NCBI GenBank assembly: GCA_037379345.1
Contig: CM074515.1
Span: 42,785,743 to 42,849,742 of the forward strand
DNA: 64,000 nucleotides
Reading direction: 5' to 3'
Origin: Perna viridis
Lineage: Eukaryota
The translations under genes were made by a program, and so were the position numbers. Positions within the stretch are counted from its first letter, which is position 1. Each line of letters opens with the position of its first letter. Below, one piece after another: positions 1 through 11,544 of the stretch. The notes beneath the pieces are model-generated. The model was not told where the DNA came from. It saw nothing but the letters and a program-made list of their open reading frames with translations, and ran no database searches.

Positions 1-553
1 ATGTTTTGATAGGTCATTAAGTACTGGCACCTGTAAGGATCGGGCAACATTGAATCATGCTCAGAAAAAAACACGCAAATTTGACAATATAGGCATATAG
101 TGTATGGTCTTTTGAAGACAAATTGATAGTTCCTTTGTCTTAGAAGTGTCAGAGGTTGCAGAAAAGCAAGTTCAAAGTTACATTAGAATGATATTGGAAA
201 AGTGAGTTATCTTTCTTTGATGATTTAATTTATACCTTGTATCACTGACACTTAAACATGTTCAAAAAGAAATAAATGCAATTTTTTTCTGCATTTCAGA
301 GAACATTTTGAATTATATTTCAAGAAAAGACATTTTTTTCAACATGTTTCACCCACTGCCTGATTCTTATTGAGAACAGCACTTAGTTAAAGTTCAGGTT
401 TCCTTTTTCCTTCACTGCTTGTTAATAACAGTATTTGAGATTTTATTTATGGTGGTTTTTTTTTTGTTTTTCAATATTTTTCTTTGGATGATGTCTCAGG
501 GGAATTTCTACTAATGAACTGTTTAAGTAGGTATAACCTTTATATATTTATAG

Positions 554-699
554 CATCAGGACATATAGCAGTGCCACCTATACTTGCTCTTCATGACAGT
601 TACATATGTGAAGCTGGTGATGGAGACAAGTTAGAATCATTATGTGGAACGGTCCAGGAGTTAGATCTGACTAAAAACTGTATTACGGACTGGGGAGAG
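554..699 (+). CDS. TBCEL: TBCEL internal coding exon (ASGHIAVPP...ELDLTKNCITDWGE)
   Basis: Acceptor tttatag| at 553, donor GAG|gtaaag at 700; first LRR. An in-frame alternative AG lies 6 nt downstream (559). Confidence 0.85.
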
Positions 700-3600
700 G
701 TAAAGAAGTTGGTTTGAGAAAGGCAACATTTGGCCTGATAAACAAAGTCTACATGAAGAAAATTTTGTGTTGTTTCTCCAGCTTTTTGGTGTGATTTATA
801 TTTGATTACGTGGCCAAAAGGGGTCCTTACAGAACTTTCTCCTTTGTAAAGTTGTATGGTAGTTTGAGGAATTGAATTTTGTTAAAATTACATGTCATAA
901 TGGAAAATTGAATTAGAAACTTATCTGCCTTATACATCTTCTGAAGTCCTTTTTATTTCATGCATTTTAACAGGTTAAACATGAAAACCTGCCCAAACCC
1001 AACATCACCATCATCAATACCTGCCCATACCCATACCCAAAACAATCTTCATCAATACCTGCCCGTAACTAACATAACCTTCATCAAAAACTGCCCATTC
1101 CCAACACAGCCTTCATCAATACCTGCCCATACCCAACGAGACCTTCATTAATACCTGCCCATACCCAACAAAACCTTCATCAATACCTGCCTGTACTTAA
1201 CAAAACCTTCATCATTCCTGCCCATACCCAATAAAACCTTCATTAAAACCTGCCCATACTCCACAAAACCTTCATCAATACCTGCCTATACCAAACAAAA
1301 CCAATTCTCAAAGTAGTTCCATTAAGGCATGTTATACTATAGTTCTGTTAAGGCATGTTTTACTGTATTTCTGATTCAGTTAAGGTTGCCTATTTCAGGT
1401 ATTTGCATTAAAATGAACATATCTATAATTTCTAGGAAAACATATCAGTACAGTTCCTTGCAACTCTCATGTATATTATTTCAGGTCTTCAAAGTAATAG
1501 AAAGAACACCAAGACTGTGGTTTCTGAATCTGACCAGCAATAAACTTTCCAATGACTCATTACTCTTAGATAAACAATTTCCAAACATAACCAACCTGGT
1601 ACTTAATAACACTGGTGTTACATGGAACACACTATCTCAACTACTGCTGATTTTTCCAAGGTTCTCTTATTACTGTAAATAATAAATTTTACCAGTGTTT
1701 ATGTGGTTACTCACCACGAAAGAAAGTTTTTTGGGAGGGAATTTCATCCATCTTTCCACCTGTTCTTCCGTTAGTTTGTTCTTCCAGTCATTTTTGTACT
1801 TTTAACACAACTCTCTTTAACATTTAATGTTTATGTTTATTGAGATTGATATGATGGTACAATGTATATATCAATATTCTAACAGCTAGTTGAAATAGCC
1901 CAGTTCCAAATTCAATCCTACATTATACCAATGTGTCCTACTTAACTACCACAGAACACATGTGTGTTCTTTTGGACACTGTCTTTTAAGTTTGAATAGC
2001 TGTCAATTATGATGGTGGATGGCCAATTTAAAGGTCAAGGTCATCATAATTGACAGCTATTCAAAATTATTAGACAATGTCCAAAAGATCACACATGTGT
2101 TCTGTGATAGTTAAGTGGGACACATGGGTATAAAGTAGGGCAAATTTTTACCTAAAGAGCTATTTAAATTACTCACTAGCCTAGCTAGATTTGTATTGAA
2201 ATTTGAACTGGTCTATTTCAACTAGCTGTAAAGCAAAATGTGATTAGTACAGCTTAAGGGTTTAAAGTAAGGTTTACATGTTAAGTTTGAAAGTGAAGAT
2301 CTTTCTATAGTGTTCAAAGGATTTGGCTGAAACTTTATACGAAGGATGGAAATGATATGTTAATAAGCATGAAGATATATAATTATTGTTAAATGTTTTC
2401 AAAGGGAGATAATCAAACCTTTTTTAAATAGTATGATACATGTAGCTAGCAAATTGCGAATTCTGCTCAGTAACTAGGGTGATTGCTAGCAAACTTCAAA
2501 TTCTGCTCAGTATGTTTGCCTTGTACAAGGGACATTCTATTTGAATTGATGTTCTGAATCTGGAATACTGTCAATCTCAGGTTGACCAGACCTGTTGCTC
2601 ATAACCATCCTTATGAATATATTTACTGCCAGGAGTACCACATATGATAATCATATGCTGCTGGATTCATAATATGATCTTATTGAAACTGTATGATTCT
2701 TATATGCAAATACAATTGTATTGTATTGCTCATGGTTATCATGTGTTTGTTAAATTCATATGATTATCAAATGATAATCATGCATTCTTCATGTGTACCA
2801 GTAAATTGAAACATATGTCAATCATATCATGCTCAATTACTGTTAAAGTACTTTTATTCTCGGATACCAATTTTCATGGTTTAGAGGTTTTCAGCATTTT
2901 CATCAATGGAAATCTTTTCGTTGGTAACCAAATTTCGTGGTTTGGCCTACCCACGAAAACCACAAAAATTAGTATCCCATGAACAATAGTACTTTCACAG
3001 TGTAAGATAATCATATGTCGAAAATGCCCTTTGTATAATTCTCATGTGTGGCCATTGTGGCTGTGAAGGATTTCATATTTTTGTGAAAGAGTATCTGTAA
3101 TTATTGGATTTAGGTGTCTTAAGATACCACTATAAGCATAATAAGAGAGGGCTACAGTTTAACTAAATTTTAAATATTTCTTGTGTTAACTTCTTTATTA
3201 TAATCAAGTTGGGTATTAGTGTTACAATCATTTAAAAAAATTATAATTAAGTACCATTCTGTGTAAGAATCAGGCAATGGGTGTCACATATTTCTCAATT
3301 TGGTTTTTTTTTGCCTCAAATATATTCAATACATCTGGAAAACCACTGAACCACTATTTAAACTTATCTTGAAGCATCTGTGACATAGATATTTTTTGAC
3401 TGCTTATATAAGGAAAAAGTGCTGGAAAATTTTCCTGCCATTTTTCCATAGTGCATTTCAACTATTTTTGACAGTAATTTCTTGAGTTTATGAGGTATAA
3501 ACACGTGGATAATGCAGTAAAATGTCTGTATTTTTACTTCATGTGCTACACCTTATACACATTTTGCCTGATTCTTAGACGGAGAAGTACTTAAAAGTAA

Positions 3601-6067
3601 TAGGATACAATGACTGAGTTTGAGCCATATACAAGAGGTGGGATTCTACTAAACTGTTGTTTTGTTTCAGCATTAAAGAGTTGCATGTGAGTCTGAATAA
3701 TTATACTTCAGTAAACCTCCCAGAGGACATTCAGTACACACCTCTGACTAAACTTTTCATCAATAATAACAAAATACAAGATTGGAGTGCACTTTCCAGG
3801 CTTGGAAAATGTTTTCCTTGTTTGGAAAACTTTATCAGTATGGAGTCAGATTTATCAACATTATCATGTGACATTGATTTGAAACAAACGTTTCCATGTT
3901 TGAAATCTTTGAATTTATCTGGAACCAAACTTTCCTCATGGGATGATATTGATTTTTTCCGACACTTTCCAGTGTTAGAGGATATAAGGATAAAAAATAT
4001 ATCTTTCTTAGAGGTAAGTTTATCTAATACCAGTCTCTTTTAGAATCAAGCACTGGATTAAACAAGGCTAGGAAAAAATATCTACATAAGCATTGTAATA
4101 TTCTGTTTCATTCATTGGAAGAGTAATCAAGGGAACCAAGGTTATAGCTGTAATCAAAAGAATGTAATCCAGGGACGAAGACCAGATATGGAAAACAGAC
4201 ATATACAACAAAGAACATTAAGTATCTAAAATCATACATACAAAGTAACAAAAGCAAATGAGCAACTCGGACTCCACAAAAAACTGGCTAAAAAATATAT
4301 ACTTACTTTTTAAGAGCAATTAATGACTCCTTGGAATAATTTGTAAATTTTGTTATTCATTGCAAATGAACATTTCAGGGGCAGATAACTTCATGTTCTT
4401 CTAATTCTTGGAAACCTATCTTAATCAAACCTCTTTCTGACTGATCATTTTAACTCCCTGCCACACAAAGTGGAGTAGTATTATGTAATACCTTCCGAAA
4501 ATGTTCTTGTCTCTCTGTCCATCTATCAGGTTGTCCCTCAACGGTGTCCCGGTGATAACTTGAGAACAATTCACTGAATGTTTTGAAACCTTAAACAGCT
4601 GTTTTGTTACATGAAATACAGTTTAGTTTAATTTTCAGCAAAATTTAAAATGTAGTTTTTGAGTTAGGCCATTTTGAACATTATTGCTATCCCACTTTTT
4701 TCAACATTACGTGGTCAGTATCACGTAATGTTCCATTATTGCCCTATTTTTCAGTTGCCAATTAAATGAACTAAAACAAGTCAATGAAATTTATTTTAGC
4801 ATAACTAAAAAAAAAGTTAAGTAAGTAATTTTCTTTTAAGCATGTATCTCTCTATACCAAAAATACTGAAATTTGTTTGTTAAATTTTCGCAATCACTTT
4901 AAACAAGTTCTTTGCTAATGTTTACTTTACAATCAAATTCTTATAGGAATTTCCAGAGAAAGAGAGAAGACAGAATGTTGTTGCCCGATTACCTAATATC
5001 ACCAAACTGAACGGTAGTCCGATTCATGAACAGGAGAGAGAGGATGCGGAGAGAGCATTCATACGGAAGTTCATGGATATTGATGTCAAACCAACAAGGT
5101 AAGAGATTGGAAGCTAAAGAGGTGTTTGTGGTAGATACAAAATGTTGAAGTACCAATAGATATAGAATTCTGACACTGTTAATGGTAAGGTGATTCCTGG
5201 TTCAGATAAAGCCCAACTGCTAATGGTAAGGTGATTCCTGGTTCAGGAAAACCCACAAAACAAACAAAGGTTTTTTATTCTACATACGTCATACTGTAAC
5301 TATAGTCCTTTATCATATATATCTCTATTTTTTTAGAAAACCATGCATTTATCTCTCAGCCAAATCAAGAACGATAACACTTGCAAAGTGACAATTTTAT
5401 GTACAATCGATAACATTTTTCTCACAAAAGTGAAACAACTGGTTATATGTTCTATTACTGTTTCTGTATTGGAAAACAAAAGTGACTTGAAATGAATGAT
5501 CGCCGTCTGTCTGATTTTTACAACTCCTGCACTTAAATAAACAAAATTTTAACAGTAAGGGCTCAGCAAACAACGAGTCAGTGCTATAAGGCTAAAAGAG
5601 TTTCAAATTGAATATGAAATTGCAACAAGGTTTCATATTTGTTGGTCTCTATGGAAACCATGTTTTCTATATAAACTATTCTTGTGCTGTGACATTTGAA
5701 AAGTCCACAAATAATTCCAACCAAACATTTTCTCATACAAATACTTATCTCTTTCAGGTTTCATGAGCTGCAAGATATTCATGGGAAATTAGACCATCTT
5801 GCTGAAATTGATATGACCCCAGAAACTCATTATCACATAAAGGTCATATTCGAGGACAAAGAAGAAATGATGGATATAGCTAAAAACCAAACTGTGCTAG
5901 ATTTGAAAAAATTTCTTAGAGGTTTTTGCAAAATCCCCATTAACAGAATGCTGATCTTTGAATATGTAACAGGAAATTCGTATGTAAATGAATTGAATTA
6001 TAACAACCGCATGCTACATACATTCAAATGGACGAAAGATAATATACTACAAATAAAGAAGAGGTGA
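554..6067 (+). CDS. TBCEL: Gene model (5'-partial): tubulin-specific chaperone cofactor E-like protein; join(554..699,1485..1660,3671..4013,4947..5098,5758..6067), about 375 aa in window
   Basis: Spliced translation gives LRR motifs (VQELDLTKNCITDW, LWFLNLTSNKL, ITNLVLNNTGVTW, LKSLNLSGTKL), an LRR cap (RRQNVVARLPNITKLNGSPI..EREDAERAFIR) and a C-terminal ubiquitin-like domain (QTVLDLKKFL). All junctions are GT-AG with matching phases. Family recognised from motif knowledge; the start codon lies upstream of the window. Confidence 0.9.
986..1302. repeat. Minisatellite, about 10 x 32 bp (CCTTCATCAATACCTGCCCATACCCAACAAAA), TBCEL intron
   Basis: Visible periodicity, e.g. units starting at 1142 and 1174. 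Confidence 0.9.
1485..1660 (+). CDS. TBCEL: TBCEL coding exon (VFKVIERTPRLWFLNLTSN...LLLIFP)
   Basis: Acceptor atttcag|, donor AAG|gttctc (weak); phase 0 to 2, matching the next exon; LRR motifs. Confidence 0.88.
1883..2228. mobile_element. Foldback MITE (CAG...CTG termini, Tc1/mariner-like)
   Basis: cagctagttgaaatagcccagttc pairs with gaactggtctatttcaactagctg; inner arms about 1917-2014 and 2042-2139 are near-complementary; TA at the right end. Confidence 0.8.
2840..3000. mobile_element. Small MITE (ta-CTGT...ACAG) nested in a larger TIR element (about 2524-3035)
   Basis: ctgttaaagtactttt pairs with atagtactttcacag; outer TIR tacaagggacatt / aatgccctttgta. Confidence 0.6.
3671..4013 (+). 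CDS. TBCEL: TBCEL coding exon (IKELHVSLNNY...IKNISFLE)
   Basis: Acceptor tgtttcag|, donor GAG|gtaagt; several LRRs. Confidence 0.92.
4119..4287 (-). repeat. Interspersed repeat family F, reverse-complement copy of 60152-60320
   Basis: aagagtaatcaagggaac...aaaagaatgtaatccagggac...aaatgagcaact.ggactccac matches the reverse complement of 60152-60320. Confidence 0.85.
4947..5098 (+). CDS. TBCEL: TBCEL coding exon (EFPEKERRQNVVARLPNITKLNGSPIHEQEREDAERAFIRKFMDIDVKPT), absent from ORF track
   Basis: Acceptor cttatag|, donor AAG|gtaaga; hand translation gives the LRR-cap motif typical of TBCE/TBCEL. Confidence 0.92.
5175..5255. repeat. Tandem duplication, 2 x about 41 bp (taatggtaaggtgattcctggttcag)
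   Basis: Two directly repeated copies. Confidence 0.8.
5758..6067 (+). CDS. TBCEL: TBCEL last coding exon, ubiquitin-like domain, stop TGA 6065-6067
   Basis: Acceptor ctttcag|, phase 2; RFHELQDIHGKLDHLAEIDMTP followed by a UBL-like pattern. Confidence 0.92.
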
Positions 6068-6592
6068 AAGGGGGCATGAATGCAATGTTTCTTATTTAGA
6101 AGTCTCTTGACATGATTTAAACCCTTTTATTTTAACTGTTTATCATTCTTGTGCATACCCAAAATATATTTCTGTGAGTGAAATTATTTTGTTCTATTCA
6201 AAGTTGTACCTTGTGGAAGTATATGTCACACATGTTCAGTTAAGATGAAAGATTCTGTTATTTCTACTGTTCGTCTACAAGTTTGATTATCCATCTTTTA
6301 TCTACTAACCTTTTTGAACAATTCATGTGGGAGATTTTCCCCCATTGACACTGTCTCAAGTGGGAGATGTTTACGTACAAGCAAAATTTTATATGTAAAA
6401 ATTCAATTATTTAGTATTTTTCACTGAAAATATAGTAATTTTAACCAAAAACCTCTGACAAATCTTAAATTTTTAGCTCACCTGGTCAAAGGTAAACTTG
6501 TTGTATACTTCTCCAGGTACTGAATCGCTTGAATTTGTCTTTATAGTTATGTAGTATGTATATGTCCCTTTATAATTTTACTTTTATTGTTA

Positions 6593-6820
6593 TGATATGA
6601 TGCAAGTTCATCGGTGTTGTCATGGTACAATGCAAGTTCACCTGTGTTGTCATGGTACAATGCAAGTTCATCTGTGTTGTCGTTCATCTGTAATGTCATG
6701 GTACAATGCAAGTTCACCTGTGTTGTCATGGTACAATGCAAGTTTATCTGTGTTGTCATGGTACAATGCAAGTTCACCTGTAATTTCATGGTACAATGCA
6801 AGTTCATCTGTGATATCATG
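6593..6820. repeat. Minisatellite, about 7 x 30 bp (CATGGTACAATGCAAGTTCACCTGTGTTGT), downstream of TBCEL stop
   Basis: Exact 30-bp periodicity at 6621/6651; explains the repetitive ORFs in the track. Confidence 0.92.
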
Positions 6821-8311
6821 TTTTATTCCTTATTGCTGTAGATGTCAAATGCTAGAAGTATCTGTATTCTAGATAATACCATTAGTTGTGTTTTGATATA
6901 CTTTTTGTTAAGCATTATCACATGAAATTATGAAAACTTTGAACACTGTAATTGTATGGGGAACTCAAAGTAAGAGATGTTTATTCTATGAATAAGTCCT
7001 ATTGATTTAAAACCATGCATACTTTAGTTGATTCATTTTTGTTCATTGATATCTTTTTATAACCATAGAGGTCTACCATTGGTCCCACAGGAGCTTTGAT
7101 TGGTTATTAAATGTCTAACTGAAGCAGTATTTGTGTTTTGTAGCTGTTGAAATATTTTAATAAATTGATACAAAAATGAACTTGACAAGTTAACAAATAA
7201 CAAGTTGGTATTACTTTTTTATGACTGCTTCCTCTGATGAAAGATGAAGTGGAAATTTGCATAGAGTTATCTCTCTTTGTACAGGATTCTAATGAGTGCA
7301 CTACATTTCATTGTTGGGAGTAAGTCTTGTTGCTGTATGTTGAATAATCTTAGTTTTCTACCAGATGAGTCAGGGTACAGTATCTGGGCATATTTGCATA
7401 ACTGCATCAACCAAATACTTACAGTAATTTTTGCATAGGAAGAACTAGGCATGCTTTAAGTTATCAGACAGATAAACAGGTCAAGTGATAGCCTTGAATG
7501 ACCTACCAATGCCTGAATACATCATCATTTCATGTTTACGGTAAGTTGTTAGCTCATTGTTGAATGGACTTTTTTCCTATACCCTGTACCCTCTATATTG
7601 CAGGTCCCACTGTATCATGATTTGGCTAGATCTGTAACTTGAAATGATGCACATTTTCAGTATTTGTTGTACTTGACCTAGGGACTAAGTGTAAACTTTG
7701 AAACCACATATTTGTCAAGTTTTTTCTAGGACTGGAAAATTAGAAACCAACTGAAAATTTTTATGTGATTTTCGGCTACTTTCAAAATGTTTGGAAAATG
7801 CTGTCAAACTGAATGAAGATGAAGTAAGGATTTAAATATTATCTCAATCCATTGAAAAGTTGTTAAAGTGCATCCCTACAAATTATCATTACATGGTTTA
7901 TGATAAAAAAATTTTAAGAGAACTTTCTTCTTAATGCATTGATACAATGGGAACATTTTTAGACACCGAAATTTACCTTACCTTTTTGCAAGCAATTACT
8001 GAGAAAATAAGCTTTATGCAATGAAAGGTTAGATTTTTAACTAACTTCAGACAAAATAAAAATCCACTTTCCAAAGACCTGTTTTTCCTCAGACTAGAAA
8101 ACAATTAACTACCTTGAGACAGTGAGACCCCAGTATACATTTTGACCTGATCTATTTGGATTAAAACTTCTAATTTTGTAGAATATTTAGTGTATTGCAT
8201 AGAGCCTAAAGAGAAATATTTCAATTGATTGATTATTTGTCAGTTTATAGTTAATAGCAAGCCTTGAAAGAAAGTGTTTGCTTCCATAGCAAATGCTGAA
8301 ATATTACTTTA

Positions 8312-8523
8312 GGAGGTAGACCTAGGGTAAGGGACACAACTCTTAGAAATCATTGGAACATTTGTATTCACCATTTTACATCAATCTTATGTAAGCATCA
8401 AAGTTACTTGGACTGATTTCATTCCGCCTCTATTGGAAGCTTGTTTGGCTTTGATGAAATTGAATATGATCCAAACATATTACTGATTTCAAGAGTAATG
8501 TCTCTTACCCTAGGTCTACCTCC
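8312..8523 (+). mobile_element. MITE family A copy 1 (TTAA target, GG...CC termini; Kolobok-like)
   Basis: TIR GGAGGTAGACCTAGGGTAAGGGACA / TGTCTCTTACCCTAGGTCTACCTCC; ttta left, ttaa right; five copies in window. Confidence 0.88.
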
Positions 8524-8557
8524 TTAAAAGTAAAATCCTTACTATTAGATTATAACT

Positions 8558-9497
8558 TTAGCTCACCTGGTCAAAAGCCATGTGAGCTGTTGCCATCACT
8601 TGGCGTCTGTCATCATTGTCCTGTGTCCATTGTCCATCGTCCGTCATCGTTAACAATTTTTCAAAACTCTTCTCCTTTGACACTACTTGACCACTTGAAA
8701 CCAGACTTGGTATGAATATTCCTTGGGGTATCCTGCATAGAATTGATGTGGGGATTTTTGTTCTGTCAAAAACATGGCCCCCGTTACTAAAAATAGAACA
8801 TATAGGTCAGACAGTAGTTTTTCACATATATCTAGACTACCATTAGGTTTAGCCAAATTTTGAAATGGTAAGTGTTCAGCATGATGAGATCTATCAGTGG
8901 TCAAATTGTCATCTAAATCCGTTAAGCCATGTTGGAGGTATGGCCCTCTTTCGACATTTTTTTACTATTTTTAATGTTATTTCTTTCAAAAATCTTCTCC
9001 TCTAACACTACCTGACCAATTGGAACCAAGCTTGGTTTGAATGTTCCTTGAGGTATCCTGTATAGAAATGTAGTGGGGATTTTTATTCTGTTTGAAAACA
9101 TGGCCACCATTACTAAAAATAGAACAAAGGGGTCAGACAGTAGTTTTTTTTGCATAGATCTCAAAATCTGTTAGGTTTAGCAAATATCTTTCAATTGCTG
9201 AAATGACCCTTATTATAAGGCCTTCAAAAGTCTTCAGGAATCAAAGTTGTCAGGCGACTCCTTGTAAGAGTTATTGTCCTTGAGAGATGAAAAGTGAGGG
9301 TTTTTTTTTGCAGTTTTCAGCCAATATCTTGAAAACTATAATTGATAGAAACTTTCAATGGCTGAAATGATCCTTATGTTGGTCCTACCAACGTCTTCTT
9401 GAGTCAAGATTGTTGGACAACTCCTTGTTAAATTTATTGCTCTTGAAAGACAAACTTTAACCAGGTGAGCGTTTCAGGCTCCTGGGAGCCTCTTGTT
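8558..9497 (+). mobile_element. Non-autonomous Helentron-type element (HINE/DINE-1-like)
   Basis: Starts ttAGCTCACCTGG; CGTC/TGTC microsatellite near the 5' end; internal duplicated core (about 8660-8835 and 8985-9162); subterminal inverted repeat CCAGGTGAGC at 9461; 3' hairpin AGGCTCC-tg-GGAGCCT; T-rich flanks. A 5' stub also lies at 6471-6492. Confidence 0.8.
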
Positions 9498-9855
9498 GTA
9501 TTTTATTATGTGTGCATTAATTGAAGGAATAATGAAATGTATTTTTAGAAAAAAATGGAATTCAAATTAAAACATAGTTGGAGAAAAAGTATACATGTGG
9601 GCAATTGTCAGTACAGTTATAGAATTGTACAGTAGTAATAGAAATGATTAGACATTTGACAACTCCTGAAAATATTTTATAGTTTGCTGCTTTTTTTGGT
9701 CATGGAAGCATGATGCTCTTTTGTATGTCAGAGTTGTAATGGTCTCCTCCTGATAAAGGACAGCTTTAGTCTTATAATTTGAATATATGTGGATTTTGTG
9801 TTAAATTATGCTTTATCTCCCATACCAAACATCTTCTTTACCTTATTCTCATAAA

Positions 9856-10150
9856 CTATAAACAGTTACAGAGAAAATATACAAACATTGATAATATTTC
9901 ATAAATTGCATGTGTAAACCATTGTAAACCTGGAGGTACGACCTTCGTTAAAATTATCTTCACAAATATAGCTATGTTTCTGGGTAGATCAGTATTCTGT
10001 GAGGAAAAAAGTCTTGAAAATTTCAAAGTATTTGCATTTGAATGACAATAAATTGGTAAAAATGGTTGTCTATCTTTTTCGAAACATTTACATATCGTAA
10101 CATAATGATACTCATCACCAATATCATGGGAGGTACACTGAGTGTACAAA
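9856..10150 (-). mobile_element. Degenerate 3' end of a non-LTR retrotransposon ORF2 (RTE-X/L1-Tx1-like C-terminal Cys/His knuckle)
   Basis: CTSHDIGDEYHYVTICKCFEKDRQPFLPIYCHSNANTLKFSRLFS resembles the IGDEfHy..C..f...R...l...y...pn..kF pattern of LINE C-termini; no RT core seen. Confidence 0.65.
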
Positions 10151-10585
10151 CAAGGGCCCGTGGTTAGGCAAAACAATGTATTGTATTTGTAGATCATGGA
10201 TTTATGGCAAATATCACTTGACCAGCTCCACTTATGTGTTCCAGTAAACTCAATTTACCTCCATCGAATCTAAATCTTCAAATACAATATGGTTATCTCC
10301 ATTCTAATGTAACTATCAACTATATCAGTGAAAATTACCATTAAAAATTATAAAAAAAAATAATCTGTACATTTCAGACATGCAGTCAATTGTGGACATC
10401 CTGAAATACTTCCTATTTTTCAATGAAATTTCTCATTAAAACAAATGTTGCATTAGAACTCAAAAAATAGTTTCAACTTTCTTAGTGTTCACTTTACTCA
10501 CTGCAATATGTGCATTGTACTATGGTGACCTAGTTCAAATTGTTATTGACAAAACTGTATTTGATTATACATTCTTTACATTTCT

Positions 10586-10586
<1 letters not shown>

Positions 10587-10612
<26 letters not shown>
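10587..10612. repeat. (TGAT)6 microsatellite
   Basis: Direct reading. Confidence 0.9.
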
Positions 10613-10616
<4 letters not shown>

Positions 10617-11369
10617 TAGTATAACATCCAATGGAAGATATTCATTCATGCATTTCAGGGCAGGTGATTGACTATCAAACTTTGCTTTGTATCCAACTGA
10701 AAACTGAGTCAGATGCTCACAGAAACAACAGGTCACTGGAAGGCAAATGTCACCCCACTTAGACAAATGATTAACAGACTTGAGAATCAGGGATATGAGG
10801 AAATGTGTCTTAAAAGTTCTCTTACAAAATTCTTTTGTAGATATCAGTCCTTAGTTAAAAAATACTCAGTTGAGTAATTTTTGTTTTTTGTAAAATGTTC
10901 TTTGTGCTTTTACTTACAATAGGAAATGAAAAGTCATTTTATTCCTCAATGTTGAGTCCCAAGTTTGACCCTATTTGTATATTTATAAAAATAGGTAGTG
11001 ATCTAAGCCTGTGGTTTTCTTTGTCTCAAGTCTCAAATATCTGGTAGTAAATATTTTTTTGTTATCAACAACATATTTGTTACTCCTTCTACTTGCATTA
11101 TTTAAACCAGATAAACATTGTATATTGGGATACATATCATTCTGTCAACTGCTCTTTGTCATAAAATTATTTTTCTTACTGTGTTTCTTTTACATATTTT
11201 TTATTTAATGTTATGTTTATCATTTTCCTGGAATTCTTGTCAGGGTCGGTCCATTACAACACACATTTTTGAGCCACATTAATGCCTCAGGTCCAGTTTG
11301 CATTAAAACTGTTTTTCCTTTGTAGATGTGGTTCAATCATCATTAATCTTAGTAACATGTACACCTTAC

Positions 11370-11375
11370 AATAAA
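11370..11375 (+). terminator. Candidate distal polyA signal for TBCEL
   Basis: AATAAA with TGTA upstream and long T/GT-rich tracts at 11440-11490; 5.3 kb from the stop, so uncertain. Confidence 0.3.
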
Positions 11376-11538
11376 CCTAAAAAAACCCCAATAATTCCAG
11401 AGTTCTGAAGGAGTTTTCATTGTATGTCAACACATTAAAAATTTTGTTTTGTATATTGTTTTCATGTTTTTTTCTGTTTTTTTTTTCATGGAAATTCTTA
11501 ATAGGACAAAGACCAAAATGATAGAGTTTGTATTAAAT

Positions 11539-11544
11539 TTTATT
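11539..11544 (-). terminator. Probable ihog polyadenylation signal AATAAA (3'UTR about 3.1 kb)
   Basis: tttatt on +; followed on - by a U/GU-rich tract (cattttggtctttgtc); TGTATATA just upstream; strand composition flips from A-rich to T-rich on + near here. Confidence 0.5.

Noticed and set aside
986-1302. CRISPR-like appearance of regular repeats (also 6593-6820, 43486-43609, 50360-50490)
   Set aside because: Units are head-to-tail with no unique spacers, there are no cas genes, and the context is eukaryotic introns/UTRs.
3731-3928. Minus-strand 65-aa ORF
   Set aside because: Antisense shadow of a TBCEL exon.
7234-7265. CTGATGA...GAAA hammerhead candidate (also at 27779, 43077, 47073, 61448)
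   Set aside because: No supporting stems II/III or cleavage triplet.
8683-9164. Two similar minus-strand ORFs (KLLSD..VLFLV..AMF)
   Set aside because: Translations of the duplicated core of the non-autonomous Helentron-type element.
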